DNA from: an uncultured virus (IMG/VR IMGVR_UViG_3300025168_000070)
Taxonomy: Duplodnaviria; Heunggongvirae; Uroviricota; Caudoviricetes
Virus record (IMG/VR): IMGVR_UViG_3300025168_000070
Direction: 5' to 3' (one strand)
Length of the DNA: 20,000 bases
Positions 16,035 to 20,000 of the stretch are shown piece after piece. Position 1 is the stretch's first letter; the number at the start of each line of letters is the position of its first letter. The translations under genes and the position numbers were made by a program. The notes beneath the pieces are model-generated. The model was not told where the DNA came from and did not search any database. It saw only the letters and a list, made by a program, of their open reading frames with translations.

Positions 16035-17054
16035 ATGGCTAAATTAAACGGACAAGAAGTAAGAGACTTCTGCGAGGCTACTAATAATAGTAATCAAGCA
16101 AATGTATTCGTCAATGAGAAAATGAATGCTCGTTGCTTCGTTGCTCATTCAGCGAATGACTTATCAGATTTCTTAAGACCTGAGAACCTTAAGATTATTC
16201 AGGAAATACCTAACGGTAGTTTTGACAATAACAGTACAGACAACCCTCTAAACGACATACCGGATTTGAAGTGGATAGGAAGACCCGAAGGAATCGAGGG
16301 CGTTCCAAGAAGCAAACTAACCGAGTCTCGGATTTCATCCGAATTAGGAGGATTCAGACAAACAGATATTGACTTACTAGTAAAGTTTAGACAACAAGCA
16401 CTTCAAGAAGTAAATCAAATAGATTTAACGGAGTTTGTTGCTAAGTGGCGAAATGTCGAATCAATGCCGGCTAAAGTTAACGCCTTCCGCCTACTAAATG
16501 GTGAACCATTCGGTCGCAGAAGGATGAAGTCGAAGGCTCCTAGAGACTCAATCGCTCTAATACTACCGTTATCAGCATCATGCTCCGTTGGTGCTGATGT
16601 TTTGGCTGCTGCTATGTCGGTTGTCGTTGCTATCAGCGAAGCATTGTCTGATGCCGGCTTCAATCTAGAGTTATGGATTGCTAACAAGAGTAGTGGATTG
16701 TATCGAGGAGCATACGAAAACGGCTTCTATGCTTACAAATTGAAGGACCCTTCGGACCCTTTCAATGATACCCTAGTATCAAGTGGTGCTTCTAGTTGGT
16801 TCTTTAGAACAGGAATCTTCACCCTAATGAAGACATTAGGAGGCCCCGATGTTATCAGTCATCTAGGGACTCCTGATGCTGTTTACAGCAACGAAGACAA
16901 ACAGGAAATCCTTCGGATGCTAGGTCTTAACGAAGGCCATGTTATGGCAGGATGGCCGGCAGGAAGTATTTCAGCCAAGAACGCTATGAAACATATGGTT
17001 AAGGAAATTACTAATGCGTTGCTAAATTATTCTAATTCAGGAGATGATTGTTAA
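16035..17054 (+). CDS. vWA-like partner of the MoxR/CobS-type ATPase
   Basis: Directly follows the AAA gene. IALILPLSASCSV...VVAISEALSDAGFNLELWI...LKDPSDPF fits the beta1-alpha1-beta2 layout of CobT-like vWA domains with a degenerate MIDAS (P-x-S-x-S). Confidence 0.7.
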   Translation: MAKLNGQEVRDFCEATNNSNQANVFVNEKMNARCFVAHSANDLSDFLRPENLKIIQEIPNGSFDNNSTDNPLNDIPDLKWIGRPEGIEGVPRSKLTESRISSELGGFRQTDIDLLVKFRQQALQEVNQIDLTEFVAKWRNVESMPAKVNAFRLLNGEPFGRRRMKSKAPRDSIALILPLSASCSVGADVLAAAMSVVVAISEALSDAGFNLELWIANKSSGLYRGAYENGFYAYKLKDPSDPFNDTLVSSGASSWFFRTGIFTLMKTLGGPDVISHLGTPDAVYSNEDKQEILRMLGLNEGHVMAGWPAGSISAKNAMKHMVKEITNALLNYSNSGDDC

Positions 17055-17317
17055 TGGAGGATATGACAACAGTCCCTACGGACTTCTTGACTGATTTGGT
17101 TCGTTCATTGTTGGACCCTTCTGAGGAGGAGCGTGGCTTCGCTGCCCGTGTCCTCCTTAGCAACCTTTTGAGGGAACAGGGCGTTCCTCAAGAGGAATTA
17201 AGGACATTCACCGAGGAATCAATTACATTGATAGAAGCACTTCACCGAGGAGAAGAGATACTATCCGAAGACGTACAAGACATATCAGAGCGAGTGTTTG
17301 ATTCTTTACAAGAATAA
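17054..17317 (+). CDS. Small acidic helical hypothetical protein
   Basis: ATG 17054 overlaps the upstream TAA, with GGAGATGA SD. 87 aa, E/D-rich. Confidence 0.7.
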   Translation: MEDMTTVPTDFLTDLVRSLLDPSEEERGFAARVLLSNLLREQGVPQEELRTFTEESITLIEALHRGEEILSEDVQDISERVFDSLQE

Positions 17318-17340
17318 GCAACCGATTAACGTAGCAAACT

Positions 17341-17372
17341 GGGGGGGAGTCTTCGACTCCTCCCCTTTTTTT
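17341..17372 (+). terminator. Intrinsic terminator-like hairpin plus T7 tract
   Basis: GGGGGGGAGTC-TTC-GACTCCTCCCC-TTTTTTT, 11 bp stem with one G-U, at the end of the AAA operon. Confidence 0.8.
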
Positions 17373-17424
17373 AATTTAGCCTTCGATAAGTTAGCAACGA
17401 GAACCCCTTTTTTTCTAGCAACTA

Positions 17425-17472
17425 AATTACCTTCGGTAATTACCTGCCCACACATAATTACCTACGGTAATT
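17425..17472. promoter_or_regulatory. Paired 17-bp palindromic operator-like sites AATTACC-N3-GGTAATT
   Basis: AATTACCTTCGGTAATT 17425-41 and AATTACCTACGGTAATT 17456-72, 31 bp apart. Confidence 0.6.
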
Positions 17473-17692
17473 TCACGGATGACGCTCACGGGTAATGTAT
17501 CACATCACATGATGCAGTCTCGCATTAGCCTCCACACCAAACTTGAAACCGGTTTCTATTATAGAGGCGGTGAGAGACTAATATCTCTATCAGTACTTGC
17601 CAAGAAATGCGGGGGATAAAACGAATAATTTTCAAAATCTAGAGGTTTGTGTATACGCATATACGTGAGGGCTACACTAGCAACGGCCAAGC

Positions 17693-17727
17693 CAGCAGCA
17701 GCAGACACCAGCAGACACCAGCAGACA
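17693..17727 (+). repeat. Short tandem repeat (CAG)n plus (CAGCAGACAC) x ~3
   Basis: Units at 17699, 17709 and 17719. Confidence 0.85.
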
Positions 17728-17815
17728 AGCAACCGGACAGGCGTGTCATACAGGTATACACACAGACTAGGCGAGCAGACATATACAGGTGAGTTGGTCG
17801 GTTTTGGTCGTGTGG

Positions 17816-17823
17816 TTTAAGTA
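17816..17823 (+). promoter_or_regulatory. TATA-like box TTTAAGTA upstream of small-gene array
   Basis: Lies 28-37 nt before the candidate starts (TTG 17844, ATG 17853) of the first gene in the array. Confidence 0.5.
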
Positions 17824-17843
17824 GGACAGCAAGGTCGGAAGGG

Positions 17844-18197
17844 TTGAGCCACATGGAGAACGATGACATGATGAATATAACGATTGACGGAAAGACGATA
17901 GATGAAGTAGGTGCGGAAATAGACGCACGTGTAGCAGCAGATAAGACGCTGCGTAAGGAAGCAAGAAAGCAACGTAGGCACAAAGCAAGAGGCTACGATA
18001 CAATGCTAATCCAAAGAGACTCGGCAATCAGTCGAACAAATAAAATGGTTAGAGTAAGCAACGATTTACTCCTTGATATAGAAAATTACTTCCAAGCACT
18101 AGACGATAACGCTAGCAACATAAAGATGCAGGACCTACGCAGGAAAATCTTCGATTCGGTTGATGACATGGATTATGCAATAGGGGGTGGTGCTTGA
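17844..18197 (+). CDS. Hypothetical coiled-coil protein
   Basis: 117-aa ORF (start may be ATG 17853). Stop abuts the next ATG. Confidence 0.7.
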   Translation: MSHMENDDMMNITIDGKTIDEVGAEIDARVAADKTLRKEARKQRRHKARGYDTMLIQRDSAISRTNKMVRVSNDLLLDIENYFQALDDNASNIKMQDLRRKIFDSVDDMDYAIGGGA

Positions 18198-18647
18198 ATG
18201 CAACAGGAGGGTAATACATACCTACGGGTTCAGAAAGTTGAGTTGCCTCCATTTCATTCGGAGATGTTTGAGTGCCTTAGCACACTCACGAAACAGGGTG
18301 AGTTTGCTTATCCTTCGTTGGCTTCTGTTGACGTTGAGAATGAAACAATCACCACACCTGCGGGTATCATGTTCCTACAAGAATCATGGTTCAAAGGCGT
18401 TGAGGCGTTCCACCTACTAACGATGGACCCTGACAACAATACCAAAACTAAACTTATCAACAAAGGTCTAGATATAGTGTGTGATACAGAAGATTTAGAC
18501 TTTTACATTTGGTCTGTGTGGGTTGACCTGTATGGGTTCCACATAGGCAAGGACATACCTAAAGAAACGTGGTTGCGTAGTGTAGCCAAGAAGGTAGCAC
18601 TCATGGGTTATGATATAGCCCAAGCAGATAGAGCAGGGGGTTGCTAG
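18198..18647 (+). CDS. Hypothetical protein
   Basis: 149 aa, GGGGGTGG SD, coupled on both sides. Confidence 0.7.
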   Translation: MQQEGNTYLRVQKVELPPFHSEMFECLSTLTKQGEFAYPSLASVDVENETITTPAGIMFLQESWFKGVEAFHLLTMDPDNNTKTKLINKGLDIVCDTEDLDFYIWSVWVDLYGFHIGKDIPKETWLRSVAKKVALMGYDIAQADRAGGC

Positions 18648-18648
18648 T

Positions 18649-18945
18649 GTGGTTTCATTAGTTTCATCATCGGGCTCGCTCTATGTGTATGTGGGGGAGG
18701 CTTCCAAAGCAACCGAGCCTCCTCACCCTGATACTCACCTGCCTGTGTTGGCGGGTTGGGAATCGTTCACCGGTTGGTACTGGTTCGCAACCGAGATAGA
18801 AGAGGATGGCACTTGCTTCGGTTTCGTGCAAGGTATGTACGAAGAATTAGGATATTTCTCTAGCAACGAATTAGATTCAATAGACATGGTATGGAGGATA
18901 AAAGACATCGACCTACCCCATGCAGGAAGATGGGGGGGTGCTTGA
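18649..18945 (+). CDS. DUF2958-like small protein
   Basis: WYWFATEIEEDGTCFGFVQGMYEELGYFSSNEL resembles the DUF2958 W..TE...FG.V....ELGY.S..EL pattern. GTG start. Confidence 0.65.
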   Translation: MVSLVSSSGSLYVYVGEASKATEPPHPDTHLPVLAGWESFTGWYWFATEIEEDGTCFGFVQGMYEELGYFSSNELDSIDMVWRIKDIDLPHAGRWGGA

Positions 18946-19110
18946 ATGGGTAAGATATGTATTATCTGCGAGCAACGAATCCCACCCGAAGGTTCGTGGA
19001 TTCACGGACACAATGCACAACCCGTTGCTGATGGTAGGTGTTGCGGGGATTGTAATATGAATGTAGTTATTCCAACAAGATTTGAAGATTGGATGAAGGA
19101 GGTTGAGTAA
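18946..19110 (+). CDS. 54-aa Zn-finger-like phage protein
   Basis: Not in the ORF track. MGKICIICEQRIPPEGSWIHGHNAQPVADGRCCGDCNMNVVIPTRFEDWMKEVE has CxxC...CCxxC and exactly fills the gap between neighbours. Confidence 0.8.
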   Translation: MGKICIICEQRIPPEGSWIHGHNAQPVADGRCCGDCNMNVVIPTRFEDWMKEVE

Positions 19111-19419
19111 ATGATATATGAATTATTGACAGCAGATGGAGAATTAACAACGCTAGGAATCAAGGAGGACTTATCTCTTGATGTGATACAGGATGCCGTA
19201 GGTGGGTATTTTGAATATGTTAGGTGTACTATACCTGATGGTGAATTACTTGTCAACGAAGAAGGTCGGTTGCTAGGTTTACCAGTTAACGAAATAGCAT
19301 CCGTTTACTTCTGTGATAAGAACCAATATGTCGTAGGTGATGTGATAATAGGTACACCCAAAGGCATAGAGTACCACATGAAAAATGTACTCGGAGTATT
19401 TATTGAGGAGGAAGAATAA
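19111..19419 (+). CDS. DUF3846-like protein
   Basis: LDVIQDAVGGYFEYV...LLVNEEGRLLGLPVNEIAS...VVGDVII matches the DUF3846 pattern. GGAGG SD. Confidence 0.8.
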   Translation: MIYELLTADGELTTLGIKEDLSLDVIQDAVGGYFEYVRCTIPDGELLVNEEGRLLGLPVNEIASVYFCDKNQYVVGDVIIGTPKGIEYHMKNVLGVFIEEEE

Positions 19420-19593
19420 ATGCCTACTATTATACAACAGGCTAGAACCATGATTGAATGGATTCAGCAACAACATGACGATGACCATACTTACATTGAA
19501 TGGTTAGAAGAAACGCATAGACATCTATACCCTGACAACGACATCTATACTGCTTATGAGAAAGCAACAGGTATTCATGCGGAGGAAGAATAA
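19420..19593 (+). CDS. 57-aa hypothetical protein
   Basis: Not in the ORF track. MPTIIQQARTMIEWIQQQHDDDHTYIEWLEETHRHLYPDNDIYTAYEKATGIHAEEE, with TAAATG junctions on both sides. Confidence 0.7.
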   Translation: MPTIIQQARTMIEWIQQQHDDDHTYIEWLEETHRHLYPDNDIYTAYEKATGIHAEEE

Positions 19594-19848
19594 ATGGAAG
19601 ATTTCACATACGACCCTCGTATCCATGCAGGTATGGTTGAGAAAGATGGGTTGCTAGTACCACTTAGAGACATACAGACAGTTAGGTTGCCTGATGAGTT
19701 AGGAGGTATACACGTACCCGTATCACATATGGAGACATTAAGCAACGGATGGAATGTCATTTACCTACACTACGATTCACCTAATGCAGTTATAGATACA
19801 GGCGAACAATTGCGGTGGGTGCAGATACCAACGGAGGAAGAAGAATGA
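19594..19848 (+). CDS. Hypothetical protein
   Basis: 84 aa, GGAGG SD, coupled to neighbours. Confidence 0.7.
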   Translation: MEDFTYDPRIHAGMVEKDGLLVPLRDIQTVRLPDELGGIHVPVSHMETLSNGWNVIYLHYDSPNAVIDTGEQLRWVQIPTEEEE

Positions 19849-20000
19849 CTGACGTTCTCGTACCCTCATATGTTTGGGACGCACTAGTAAAAGGTCTGAG
19901 TGGTAATCTCAACGGTCCATTCTTTGAGCCTGATGGGGGCATCACATGGGATGATGGAAACTCGATAGTCCTCGGACTATACAAGGAGGAAGAAGAATGA
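19845..20000 (+). CDS. 51-aa hypothetical protein
   Basis: Start revised to ATG 19845 (ATGA overlap, GGAGG SD). Ends in EEEE-TGA with another overlapping ATG at 19997. Confidence 0.65.
   Translation: MTDVLVPSYVWDALVKGLSGNLNGPFFEPDGGITWDDGNSIVLGLYKEEEE

Noticed and set aside
14291..17054. Cobalamin biosynthesis cobS/cobT auxiliary metabolic genes
   Set aside because: The motifs support only a generic MoxR-type AAA plus vWA-like pair. No cobN or other cobalamin genes are in the window.
12880..17480. Integrated mobile element or provirus boundary
   Set aside because: No integrase, transposase or att-like repeats were seen, and GATC/AGCT avoidance and the GTTGCTA motif continue across both borders.
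17672..18027. Minus-strand ORFs 17672-17983 and 17767-18027
   Set aside because: They arise from the tandem repeat and from antisense overlap with a coupled plus-strand gene.

Overview
This is a 20-kb segment of an AT-rich tailed dsDNA virus with an HK97-type head. It most likely infects a marine euryarchaeon (Magrovirus-like, Poseidoniales/MGII host). That assignment is inferred from GGTGA/GGAGGTGA ribosome-binding sites, TATA-like boxes about 30 nt before start codons and recalled protein family resemblance; no search was run. Positions 1-9161 (minus strand) hold the virion module: holin-like protein, portal, membrane proteins, SNase nuclease, a modular prohead protease/scaffold, decoration protein, major capsid protein, adaptor and a tail-fibre-like gene running off the left edge. 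A ~200-bp concentric palindrome (centre ~9318) separates this from a divergent plus-strand operon of HTH-metallophosphoesterase, small acidic protein and terminase large subunit. After a candidate genome terminus or packaging site (~12800-12880) comes a putative early region: a very acidic DNA-mimic-like protein, ~800 bp dense in palindromes, a MoxR/CobS-like AAA + vWA-like pair, a hairpin terminator and an array of small tightly coupled genes. Most notable are a prohead-protease polyprotein whose cargo-like modules are separated by xEA sites, the hairpin-flanked early block, ~33 copies of GTTGCTA, no GATC or AGCT found by eye, and a 22-aa Cys-rich micro-ORF in the hairpin after the capsid gene. 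All counts are by eye.
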